Source: Phoronis australis
Lineage: Eukaryota > Animalia > Phoronida
Length of the DNA: 64,000 nucleotides
NCBI GenBank assembly: GCA_002633005.1
Contig: NMRA01000046.1
Coordinates: 618,801-682,800, forward strand
Direction of reading: 5' to 3'
Made by a program: the position numbers and the translations under genes. The number at the start of each line of letters is the position of its first letter. The first letter of the stretch is position 1. The notes below the pieces were generated by a model. The model ran no database searches. It was not told the DNA's origin and saw only the letters and a list, made by a program, of their open reading frames with translations. Of this stretch, positions 1-11,700 are shown piece after piece.

Positions 1-2421
1 TGCAGACTATGGAGATAATCCCTGGCTTTTATTTTTCGTGGAATTATTTCTGTAAGAAAATTGTAAACTGGATTTTAGATTTTGTCAACATTTCGGCTAT
101 ACACAAAAAGCAGAATAATTTCAAAAACACAAAACTACTACAATTGTAAGGCAAACTTTTCTCACATTAGTAAGCCCAAAGATTCTGTTGCAATAATTGA
201 ATTCAATATCCTGCAAACTTCAACAAACCGTTCTATCATCAGACATAAGATGTAAAATATTATAATCCCTGCTAACAGCACAAATTCAGCAGCACAACAT
301 TCCTTCAATGCATAAGGACATCAATTCAAAATCAGCTAAACACAGCCACAAGGGACACCATATTTGAATCTGTAGCGGAGCATATGTTAAGTCAGAAATG
401 CATGCCAGCAAAATTAGATGTACAAAGTCTTGAAGTGCACAAAAACTGTTACCTTGTAGAAATTGCAGAGATTCATCAGTGTTCACTATTTCTGCTAAGT
501 GTTTGTAGTCAAGTTCACTACTCCCTCCATTGTTCTTCAGTGACAATCGTGTGAGATCTCTGACAAAAATTTCCTGTTAATAGATACATAAAAAGGTTTT
601 ATAACAAAGTCACTTTAACAAGATCAACACCGCTATATATTTTATGAATCAAAAAGTAAATCACTTGTGCATCTCTTTGACAGCAACTAGGGCAATGTAT
701 TGCTTACTATAGTCACAGCCAGAGTTGGGCAATACCTTCAGTGATACACGAGGTGATCTTGTAATGGCAATGCTCAAACGATTTGCTTTTTGATTGATAA
801 AATAAAGTATACAAAACAATGCGGAAGGACACACTTACCTATAAATAATAGATTCGGCACAAATACACTGAAAAATGATTTATTACTTATCCAATACTTT
901 GACATTTATATGCAAATTATGTAGGTCAGTTGACCAAAAGTTATGACATGAGCGCAAGAAAACATGGATGGCAACACGACACTTTTCATTGTACCCAAGT
1001 AATTTTTACTGGTTATAAGATTAGATTTAACTTAATTGCAAAGTGTAAACAATCAAATGCCGTCAAAAATGTCAGAGTTTATTGTCAAGTAAGTCTCAAA
1101 TTACTGTGTTTATGGTTTTCAGCATATTTTCATTCAGCTCCCCACGATAACCATTGGTTGGCAAATTAGGCATGAAAACCAGGAACCCAGGCCCATACGG
1201 CAGGTGTTGACACACCAGGTACGTCAGAATGAGACTAAGGCAGTTTTCAGTTCAAGAACAATAATTAACAAGAAAAGACATGCATATTCAGAACAGTGTA
1301 TTGAAGCAAGTGTATCAATGGTGTCTGGTTGACCAAGACAATGCACAAATTAGGAATCGGGGAATTCTGCAAACGCCATTACATCGAAACATAGAACCAA
1401 AGTCTGGTAAGATTAGCAATCTTGCCACTACGGGTGCGAATGAAGCCGCTTGATTGCAAACCTCGTCAGAGCAGCAGGTAAACACAATCACAGCATATAA
1501 CACATGCATCACATATAATGACGCGATTGCTAATCCTGCCAGACTTCTAGCGGTATATTCCGATGTAATGGCTGTAATAATAACTGAGATTACGCGACCT
1601 GAGATTCGAACCAGCGACCACCCATAAAACCGGCGAGCGTGCTAACTATTCAACTAATAGGCAATTGCCCGTTAATGAGTGGCTAACAGAGGATCACGAT
1701 TCACCAGAAGCACATCTACAACATTCCCCTTTTTCCTATGGAACAGGCGCGCCACCAGGAAGGCAAACACCAGGTTGTCTCGCATATAAGTCATAAACTT
1801 CCCTTGGTACTTTTACCACCAGACAAAAGTGAACACAAGGTTGTCCCTCATACAGGTCCTCGACTCCTGGAACTTTTACCATCACTTTAACCATGCGCGT
1901 CGTCTGAGGTCCACATGTACTAGTTTAGTGGGAGTGTTTCATCGTTAAATCATCCCTTTACCGACTACGCCATTTGTAGTAATAGCCGACATTACCCAAC
2001 CCGGCGACCCCCATAAAACTGGCAAGCTTGCAAACCATGATTTAGCCACTAGGCAATTGCCCGTTCCGGGCGTTAGCGAGTGGCTCATCTCCTACGATTT
2101 GGCGAACCTTTCTTTACTTATGGTGTATACTGGAGTTATGTTCTAAAAATCGAAATAACCAACCATGGAGCATACCAGGCATGGGAGAGCCGCTAGACAG
2201 AGTCAAGATCTGAGTTCGAGATTGCAAATCAGTGTCTCTGTCAGTGAATGTGGAAGGTTGAGCCAGCCCAGAGCCAGAGAGCACAACTGATTTCTCACCG
2301 TAGCTTTTGTAATTATAAACAGCGATTCTTGGCTTATGTTGGAGACATCAGGTGAGCTTTTCATAATAGTCTTTACACGTGATACTGGCAAAATACATGA
2401 AGCGTCTTCCCTTGAACTCAT
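1..2421 (-). CDS. CHRAC1: Chromatin accessibility complex protein 1 (histone-fold, NF-YC-like); 3' end outside the window
   Basis: Exons 2421-2299 (MSSREDASCILPVSRVKTIMKSSPDVSNISQESLFIITKAT), 573-453 (EIFVRDLTRLSL...LDYKHLAEIVNTDESLQFLQ) and 49-<1 (EIIPRKIKARDYLHSL). All introns are GT-AG and phases are consistent. LPVSRVKTIMKSSPDV and FL.(D/E)I.P.KI are CHRAC1 signatures. Confidence 0.93.
1400..1546. repeat. Small inverted-repeat (MITE-like) element in a CHRAC1 intron
   Basis: AAGTCTGGTAAGATTAGCAATC (~1400-1421) is a near-perfect reverse complement of GATTGCTAATCCTGCCAGACTT (~1525-1546). Confidence 0.55.
1573..2105 (-). mobile_element. Non-autonomous LTR retrotransposon in miniature (TRIM) with tRNA-like LTRs (Helenus-type architecture)
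   Basis: Minus-strand order: degenerate 5' LTR (~2105-1975, ends ...TACTACA); PBS TGGCGTAGTCGG (1972-1961, complementary to the tRNA-Ser 3' end ...CCGACUACGCCA); ~225 bp non-coding interior; PPT AGGAAAAAGGGGAA (1737-1724); 3' LTR 1723-1573 (TGTTG...TTACA) with an A-box-like segment (1656-1646) and B-box GGTTCGAATCT (1612-1602). Confidence 0.8.
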
Positions 2422-2639
2422 CTTTGACACAATTCCTGGTAAAAACAAAAAATCAAAAGTGTGGTTCAGCAACAACTGGTGTGACTTAATAATAGCAAAT
2501 ACAATTAAACTAGGTCAAACGTCAAACTTGAGAATTGTATTTTTATTTCCTCGAAATAATCATATTGTATTTTTTAAAACCTTCGTCAAGTTAATATTAA
2601 GATCATCTAATAATTTTGTGGTTAAATTTGCTTTGTAAA

Positions 2640-2760
2640 CTAACTGGGTCAACAGGTCACTCACGTTGAAAAATGGCCGACTCGGAGAAGGTAAGAATTT
2701 TGCCGGGAATGTTAATGTATCCTGACCTATGTCTTTAAAGTGTGTACTTGAACTGACCCG
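2640..2760. promoter_or_regulatory. Bidirectional promoter / first-exon region of CHRAC1 and PHF20
   Basis: Head-to-head genes. A YY1-like AAAATGGCCG overlaps ATG 2673. There is a plus-strand donor AAG|GTAAG at 2690/2691 and a minus-strand donor AAC|GTGAGT at 2665/2664. Confidence 0.6.
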
Positions 2761-5700
2761 TTCGTGACTAATTACCACGTTGTCGCATGAACAATGTGCA
2801 CTTATTGTTTGGACAGTGGTGCTAATCCACAGTTTCCTAGTGAATTCATGTGTGACATGATTTTGGAAGAAGCGCCGTGGTCAAAACAAGACTCGGAACT
2901 GTTTAGTTGACAGAACGCCGAGCTGCAATCAACGCGGGTTGCGTCAGAATGTTTGCTGTTTGCTTTCTGACAAAGATGTTGCCTGTGGTGATCTATGGCA
3001 TAAAAGTTTGTTAACAGTTCACATTTAACTCTGTGTGGGTCTATTTTATTGTTTTGAAAACAAATTCTAATCTTCGTTCATGACCAAGTTTATCCAGGGG
3101 AGATAATTAAGTTTCAGCAAACACCTGTGACACAGCACATTATTATATTTGTACTTCAATAGTTTATCACTATGTATATATAAGCCTAGATATAGTGATT
3201 TTCTGGTTAGTTCTTTGTGATATTATTATACTTGTGTGGCAATCAATAAAAGCACCACATTCATTTGGGTACACAGATAGAATAATCAATGAATTATGCA
3301 AGTTGGAAACTATTTTTTGCATTACATTGCATTAAATTTAAAAATTGTAAACAATATATACAGCTTACTATAAGTTATGTTATATTATTGGCAGGTTTTT
3401 AAGAACTTCTTGAATGTACTTGGAACTAGAAATTAGATTTGATTTATCTTAAAAAGAAAAAATCCCTGCATACTAAGAATACAAAAGAACTTCTACTTAG
3501 TTAAATCAGACTTTGGATAATTTTTGTTTTATCTTAATCAATAATGTCAAGTTATTTTATAATACTTTTATAATTTCAATGCCTGACTTCCATCTGTTTT
3601 TAAATGGAATAATTGCGAACCAAAAGTATTGAATCTAGGAATAATAATACTAATTCACACTTTGGAAGTCACCTCAAGTTTTGAAGGGAATTTGGTGAAT
3701 ATTGTCTGACTGCTACTGGCTGTGGCAATCTTGTTGCGACTTGGGATTTTTCCCAGAGGTCACATCGGTGAGCTGAAGGTCGCCAAACCAAGCACTGAAA
3801 TTGAAACTATAATCCAAGCCTGTTATGACTAAACACTTTGAGACGCAAAGTTATTGCATTTTTGTTTTTGAATCATAGTACAAAATTTGAGTGTTTTTTT
3901 AGTTGTGTATTGTCTTTTGGATCACTGCAATAAGCTGTCACCTACAGATCACAGGATCCCATGTTTGAGACAAGGTTGAACTGATCACAAATTCACTACC
4001 AATTCCTTGATAAAAGGTTATCATAAATTTAAGAAGGTATGCAAAATCATTGTTCCTCAATTGTAACATTGGCCAGAACTTATGTAAGCATTATATACAA
4101 GTTAAATTTTTACAGATGGATGGTGAATTGGCTAATGAGTCTACGTCATCTACACCATTAGATGATAGTCCAATCAAGGTTGGTAAATTTCTTGTCCATA
4201 CTGTCTACACAGATAAGTCACAGAACTTATGTAATGCTGTTTTCAACAGCAACATCGTGTTCTAATAGTCTTGTAATGAACTAATGAAATCATACCAACT
4301 TGTCCAACTTGTTCTTGAAGGCACTGATTTTTAGTGCTTCTGACCTGGCACAATAAAGCCTTTAAAATGTGCAGACATTGTTTTAAAAAAAACAATCTGA
4401 AATTGACAGATTTGAAATGGCTCAATTAGAAAAGTTACTAAATGCAGTGATTTTTAGAATGTTCTTGCTAGTAAAAGGACAACATGGTTATTTTCTGTTG
4501 TTCATAACTTTTTAAATCTCCTCTGCCATAAACATAAACATTTCTTTTTAGACTGACCAACCCATGTGCAGTAAACATGAGGTGGATGAGTGTGTACAAC
4601 CAGCAGTTACTTCCCCTGGCAGTAGCCGTGCAAGCTCAGTAGCCAGATCAGAAGGGGGCAGCTCTTCAACCAAGTCACAGGAGAGGAAGTTCCCTATAAG
4701 GACGGGGATTATATGGAAAGCTAATGCCAAAGTGGAGGCGATGGATTTCCTGAAGAAATGGTATGAGTTTGAATCAAGTGTTGGAATTGTAGTAGAAGAC
4801 TTGGTTTTGAAGATATTAATGTTCTCTGAAACGCTAACACTGAATGTTACTCCTCATGACTGAATTGTGTTGGCAAGCGCAACATAGAAGCTGCAGGTTG
4901 TGTTATTCAGTGCAGAGATTTGGTATAGACGTCGGTAAAATCTCAATTTTTCAGTATGCGTTTTCATAGATTGGTGCTTAGCATTACACCAACTTGCCAA
5001 ATGTAAACTGGCAAAATTACCATGTCGCTGAATGGAATCTGAGGTTGCGTAAGCAAGGAAATTTCATACAAAAGTCTTGGCCCCAATGAATGACATATAG
5101 TTGGAATAAACTAGATACCTGAAGTGGAAGATCAGTGAGGTCTGCAAATGTCTTCCAGGGCACCGGGCATTATGTTGTTGTTTTTTAATCAATCGAAAAT
5201 TAGGAGTGTCTCGCAAGCTGGGTAATGACCAATTTCCCCTTTCAGAACCAAATTATCCACTCAGTCTCACCTAAGGCAGAGCAAACAATCAGCACACATT
5301 ACCTGTGCATAACTCATACACATGCACTTCCAATTTTTCCGGACGATTCCAACTTCCGTTTTGTTTATTTCCTGCAGTATTTTGAGTGTGTGCTCGGTTG
5401 CGTGCATGGCAACTTCGTGGCAACCTGGGATTTTTATGAGATTGCCATACAAAATTTGAGTTTGCATTGGTGACCTGCCAAATCAAGCACTGGTTATTTT
5501 TTTATCATTTATGTCCATGTTATGGCCATAGGTATTTGTGCATCGTACGTGTTCTGATTTTAAACGTAGCCTAGTTCTAGAGTACATTAGAAATGTTGAT
5601 GTGTTACAAAGTTTGAAAAGCGTCACCCAAACATTTTGTCATATTAGGCATAGGTGTCTTAAGACTAAAGTTTTTTCAGTACAAAAATATGTTTGTTGTT

Positions 5701-8700
5701 AAACTTGAAATTAGTGGTTGTTGTCAGACGATACGTGTCATCATGGCAGGTACCCAGCTAAGATTGTTGAAGTAGATGATGAAGAGATGGAGGTGCTAAT
5801 CCATTTTGAAGGTTGGAACGCCCGCTTTGATGAGTGGCTGGAAATGACTAGTGACCGCCTGCGTCCAGCTACAAGGCACTCAGACAGGAAGGAGGGGAGG
5901 AAAATTAAGAAAACACTGGTAGGTTATGTCCCATTGCCTGGTTCTTACAGGGTTTTGAGTCCACTGAGACTCAAAGCGCCTGTGTAGACCTTATTCATGC
6001 AGTCGCCATTTTAGTAGTGAGCCTCTTTTCAGGTTTAAAAAACAACACATTTGAGACATAAAGCATGTGAAAAATCACGTTTTGCACTGTGATTAAGTGC
6101 AGAATGCGTTGTTTTTAAAACCTAGAGAGAGGCTCACTTTTAAAATGGCGACTGCGTAAATAAGGTGTATACTCGACTTCCATGACAAAAAAGTTTTTTT
6201 ACTCTACTTTACCCTTAGTCAAATTAGAGGGGATATCAGGACGTTGAAAGAACTGATGTTTCGTTGTGGTTGAGACTTGCGACCCATTTCAGGAAAACTT
6301 ACTTAAGGTTATCTAGAACCTTAATAAAAGATCTCTGATATGGAAAAGGCTATGCTTTGTCAAGCATTAAAAGTATATACTATTAGTTTCTGAAAGGAGA
6401 AAGATTGAGGAATCTAAAAATATGCTTGTTTCTACTGCCTCTTTTTATTACTGTCATGTGACCACGTTTTTTAATTCAAATTTTTGTGTGCAAGAAAGGT
6501 ACATTTATAGCAAAATAACCCCCTAGCCAATTTTAGTAAAATTTTTCTAAATGAAAACTTTACATTATGTCTAAAATATACTGTTAGGAATTTTTGATTA
6601 TTCACTTAGTTCGGGTATTCTGCCAAATTAACTCGCAAATCACAAGGCATTTAAAAAAACAGCGGTCTTATTCGTATATTGCTCGGTACGCAAAAACTAG
6701 ACATTTTAAAGCAAAATCATATTAAATTGCAAAATCCTAAATTTAACTTAAAAACATGGTCACTTGACAACAATAAAGACACTGTGGTAAGAAGCAAATT
6801 TTCAGAATCCTCGATCGCCTTTCAGAAAATATATACTTTTAGTGGTTGACAAAGCTTAGTTTTTTAGAGTTGAGGTCGTTAATTAAGGTCCTAAATAACC
6901 TTCAGACCAAAAATTTGTTTAAGTTCAGATCAAAATTCAGGCTAAGTTCAGATAGAAGATGAAAATTCAGAATAGACCATTTCATGAACACACCTTACTT
7001 AGACAAAAATTAAGTTGCTTTTGACATAGATGACTATACAAACCATGCTTTACCTATTGCAAATTCTCAAAACTAAGCAAGGTGGTGGGTGAAATATGGC
7101 TTCAAAAATAATTTTTTTTGAAACTTCAAAATGGGAATTTATGTACATTTTGGATTGCAGGCTAGCTTTCAGTCTTGGTTTAGACCGATTTCGATCTTTA
7201 TTTTGGTCTCAAAGAAATTCTATGAAACAGGGCTAAGACATTTTGATCTTAAGTTATCCCGATTTTTGTCTAAGTGAAGATAGAAAAGGTTTCACGAAAG
7301 TTGCCCCAGGCTTTTCACGTTGTGTTGTCATGGCACGTCATGTTATGCAATGAGCATGGTCTTCACTTGAGATCAATGTTATAACTGTAAGCTGTGTAGT
7401 GTAAATCCAAAGTTGATGGAACGCGGCTTTATTGATGCTTTGAAGTCTTTGAGTGTTGCAGTACTGAGATTATTTTTGCTCATTTTAAATATGTTACAAA
7501 CCTATAATTATGTTAGTTATTGACTAGTGTTGGCTAATGGTGGTGGTTGTAATTGTAAAAAACATCATTTCACTGGACTTAGGTTGATGTGAGTGATACT
7601 TCTCCTCATTGCTCTATCTTTATATCATTCACTAGTTAAACTGTATTCCCCTACACAGCATAAAGTGGGTGAGCGTGTCCTGGCTAAGTGGACTGATTGT
7701 AGAATGTACCCAGCCAAGGTGGTCGGACTACAGCCCACGGGGGCCTATGATGTTGTATTCTATGATGGCTTCAAGAGAGTCATCCAGGCTATCAACATCA
7801 AACCCCTTCCTGACGACTTAAAGACTCAGGTATGTCAATACAACCAGTTTATATCTGTGTTGAGGAAAAAATATATATGTTCAGCTACTGCACTAACCTG
7901 TTAAGTCATTTCAACTGTTTTTGATGGCTGCTGAGTGTTCATCTCTGCTTAAAATGTACGCATTGATTTCAGCACTTTGATTTTGCCCCATCACAAGGTA
8001 AAGCTCAAGAGGAAGGTAAATGTTTCATTTTATTTGTGTGTTATTTCTTGCTCAAGCAATGAGCTTTAACAGTGTTTTTAGGATTTGGCATGAAAAGCAG
8101 TTGCATTTGCTCTGAACACAAAACTGTTACTTTACAATGGCAACACGGTATGACACGAAAGTTTCATTCTCGTACACTCTTACTTTTCCTGTGCTATGCA
8201 TGGTATACTTTTTCCAAATCAATAATTGACCTAAAAACACGCTGCTTAGGTTTGTTCCTGTCATGTCGTGATTTTTCACTGCAGTGCCATAACTATGTAT
8301 TTTAAAGATTTTTTTGGTGTTGTGAATTTCTCAACGAGCCTTCTTAAAACTATGATTGTTAAAATTTCAGTTTTGCCACCACGGAGAAAAAGAAGTAGCG
8401 ACTCCCGGAATGAGTCTGGTAGGTTGACTGGCAAACCATGATTGCGTATAATATAGGCTTGTTTTTGTAATATTTTGTAATTGAACCTAAGTCACAAATT
8501 GTAGCACTGCCAAAAGATACATGACTTTAAATTGAATAGCTCTTACTCACTTGATGAATATGTAAAAACATGTAATTGATATTAATACACGTTTCCTATT
8601 GGCTACCCCAGGAATGAGCTATGTGTCTCAAGAGTTATAATCCAACCTGTATCTCTTTAGAACCGGAACTAATTTGGCAAACATTCATTTTTATTCACCC

Positions 8701-11700
8701 GCATATTTATATGTAGCTAGGTGCATAGTGCTATCACCTCTGAACATCTGGGTGTCTGGTGTCCTCTGCTGTATCTCCAATTGTAAAACTGCTTTCAAAA
8801 CTGAAAATAGAAGTTGATCAATAACAATTTGATTTGGAGCATAATTAGTTACATAATTGGCGTAGCTGATTTTACTGAACTCGGGACACTGGCTGATCGT
8901 GGGCAAACATTTAATAATTAAACATTCATGGATTTAATGAGATTTATCCAACACATCTATTGTTTTGAAGTATAGGTAGAGTAGTTTATATGGTTTATTT
9001 ATATACAATAATCCTTCTTTTCAAAATTTGAAAATTGTGTAAACTGTATTTGTGGAAACTTTTCTTCTGATTTTCACCTTAACCTCAACAAAGCTCAATG
9101 ACTTAAACTAGATCATGTAATCTTCTGTAGAGTAGTGGATATATATCTTCATATATATATTTGGTACGTGAACCAATACATGATTGTCTGAAACACAGAT
9201 TGACATTTAATTGTTTTGATGATTAGTGTATTTGAAATGGTTTTTCAAAATACTTTTCAAATACTTATGATTTTCGTAGGTGAAAGGCGACGATCCCGTG
9301 AGTCTGATGATAACCTGAAAAAGGAGGCTTCAGAAATCCCAGTGAAGGTGAAGACTCCGCCTATCAAAATGCGTGAAGCATCGCCACCTAGAAAGAAAAA
9401 ACCCACACATAAAGTTGATTTGACCAAGTCCTCCAAGTTTAGAAAGGTAACAATCTGTATCTGCTGTATTATCTACGTTCTCAGGTTTGAAATCTGAATT
9501 GATGACATGAAAGAAAACTGAGTGGCATTGATTCAGTGATTGTATTAATCTAATTACCATTGGAACAATTTAGTCCAAATTTGATCCTGGCTTCTTCAGA
9601 AATTCTGATTATTTGGTTATGAAGCAGTTTAGTTCTTCCACTTTGTGACAACTAGTTGTCTTGCGTAGACCGACAGAGTTGTGTCAGCGTTTGTGAAGAA
9701 GAAGGTGCCAGCTGCTGAAACCAAGAAGAAGAAAGATGACGCCACAGCCCAGCTTGTGAGGAAGAAGAAAAAGCAATTGATTGACGGTGTGTTTCAGGCA
9801 AAGAGAACCAAGGTGGAGTGCACCAACAACACAATGCAGGAGTTGTCTCCCCAGGTGATTACTTGTCTGTGAGCACAGGCTATACTGGTGATTGATACTG
9901 ATAGGGTGTAGTAGACAGGTCATGTACTCATATACCAAAATGTATTCAGTTATCGGAATGCTTAGTAAGGTCATTAAGAAAGCAAGTAATGAGATGTTAG
10001 TAGGGCATTTTCCTGACTTAATCTTATTGAATCTTGAGTTGTAGACCATGTGAATATTTGTATGAACTGTGGATGATGAAGCAGGACTAAGACCTTGATA
10101 GTATTACCCCCTTGGCCATGAGGATTGCGTGGCAGTTCCTAGATCGTTACCTGTTGGTGTTACTGGCCCTTTGTTTTCCAGAAACACGGTGCTACATCAG
10201 AGATCCAAGCAAGCGAAGAACAACCAGGTGAGTATGGATTGAGTGTTTTTATACACTGCATACTATATTAACGGAAAACTGATTGCTACGTATTATGTGT
10301 ATTTCATTGCATACTATATTAACATAAAACTGATTGCTATGTATTATGTATATTTCATTGCATACTATATTAACATAAAACTGATTGCTACGTATTATGT
10401 GTATTTCATTGCATACTATATTAACATAAAACTGATTGCTATGTATTATGTTTATTTCATTGCATACTATATTAACATAAAACTGATTGCTATGTATTAT
10501 GTGTATTTCATTGCATACTATATTAACATAAAACTGATTGCTATGTATTATGTGTATTTCATGTTTTTCAAAATTGTTCCATTGCATCATTATTTCTATT
10601 CTGCTTCCTCTCGTAGATACTGCCAAAGACGAACCTCTGGTGCCCTCTAGTGAGCTAGAGACGGATATACCTATGCCTATACCAGCTTCAGGTACTGTTT
10701 GTTCTATATGTGGTGGACTGTTCAGTTTAATTGGCTGAAAAAATCATTATTTTGCAAGAATGTTGTTAATATGTCAAAGCTATATCTAACATTGTTGGTT
10801 TGATGTCAGTACTGTGTTATTGCACCGCTCTGTTATTCTAAGGAGAATGTGATCTCAATGAGCTAAGACTGACGATGGTTCTTTCATGGAGTTCCCAAAT
10901 GACTCCACTGGAAATATGCATCGCTGATACTCATCTCTGTAATGCAGTGTGTTCTTATTTGGGTCATATATTCTGTAAATTGCCGCCCATGAAACAAAGT
11001 TGTCAAAGTCTTCATTCATGTTGTCAGTCATATGCTTTAGTTTTGTGCTAGGTTTGGTAAGGTAATTGTCAAACTTCATGAATTTTTTTTCAAAAATGCA
11101 ATATTAGTTTATAGAATAATAGTGACCCTTTATTTTTCATTGCGCCTCATAACGTAACATGCATTTTGTTAATATGTGCTGAATATACAAGTTGTTTGGC
11201 ATGTCTTAATCATTTGATTTCAATTACCTTCTGACTCACTTTTCTCTTCGTATTGACGTTAAGAACATATAAATTTCAAACACAACGTTGCCTACAGCAT
11301 TGGTTTTAGCTAAAAATTCATGTTTATAGCAAAAAATAATTTTCACTAAGAATGGCAATCGTGATTATCAAAATTGTACGATAATTATTTGGTGAAACTT
11401 GAAAGGACTTAGGACAGTTGTCAGTTTGGTTAAACATGTGCCTTGATGTATTTTGTTGCATGAGCCTATTGCATGGCTGGTGCGTGGGCGTGGTATATAT
11501 AGCGATCTTACTGTTGGTTGCCAGTGATAACTGTTGTCTCTATAGATAACACAATCTGACATTTGACACTGCTTGCAAGTCCTGTCACCATGCACAGTGT
11601 CACTGTTGTTTCTACAGATAACACAATTTGACACTGCTTGCAACACCTGTCACCATGCATAGTGTCACTTTTGTCAATTTGCTGTTGTTGCTTGTTTGTT

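Noticed and set aside
1440-1480. CTGACGAG on the minus strand as a hammerhead ribozyme core next to the TRIM
   Set aside because: There is no GAAA after a stem II and no stem III or cleavage triplet.
10243-10650. Repetitive ORFs ([17 protein letters not shown])n on both strands
   Set aside because: Translation of a stop-free 51-bp intronic minisatellite.
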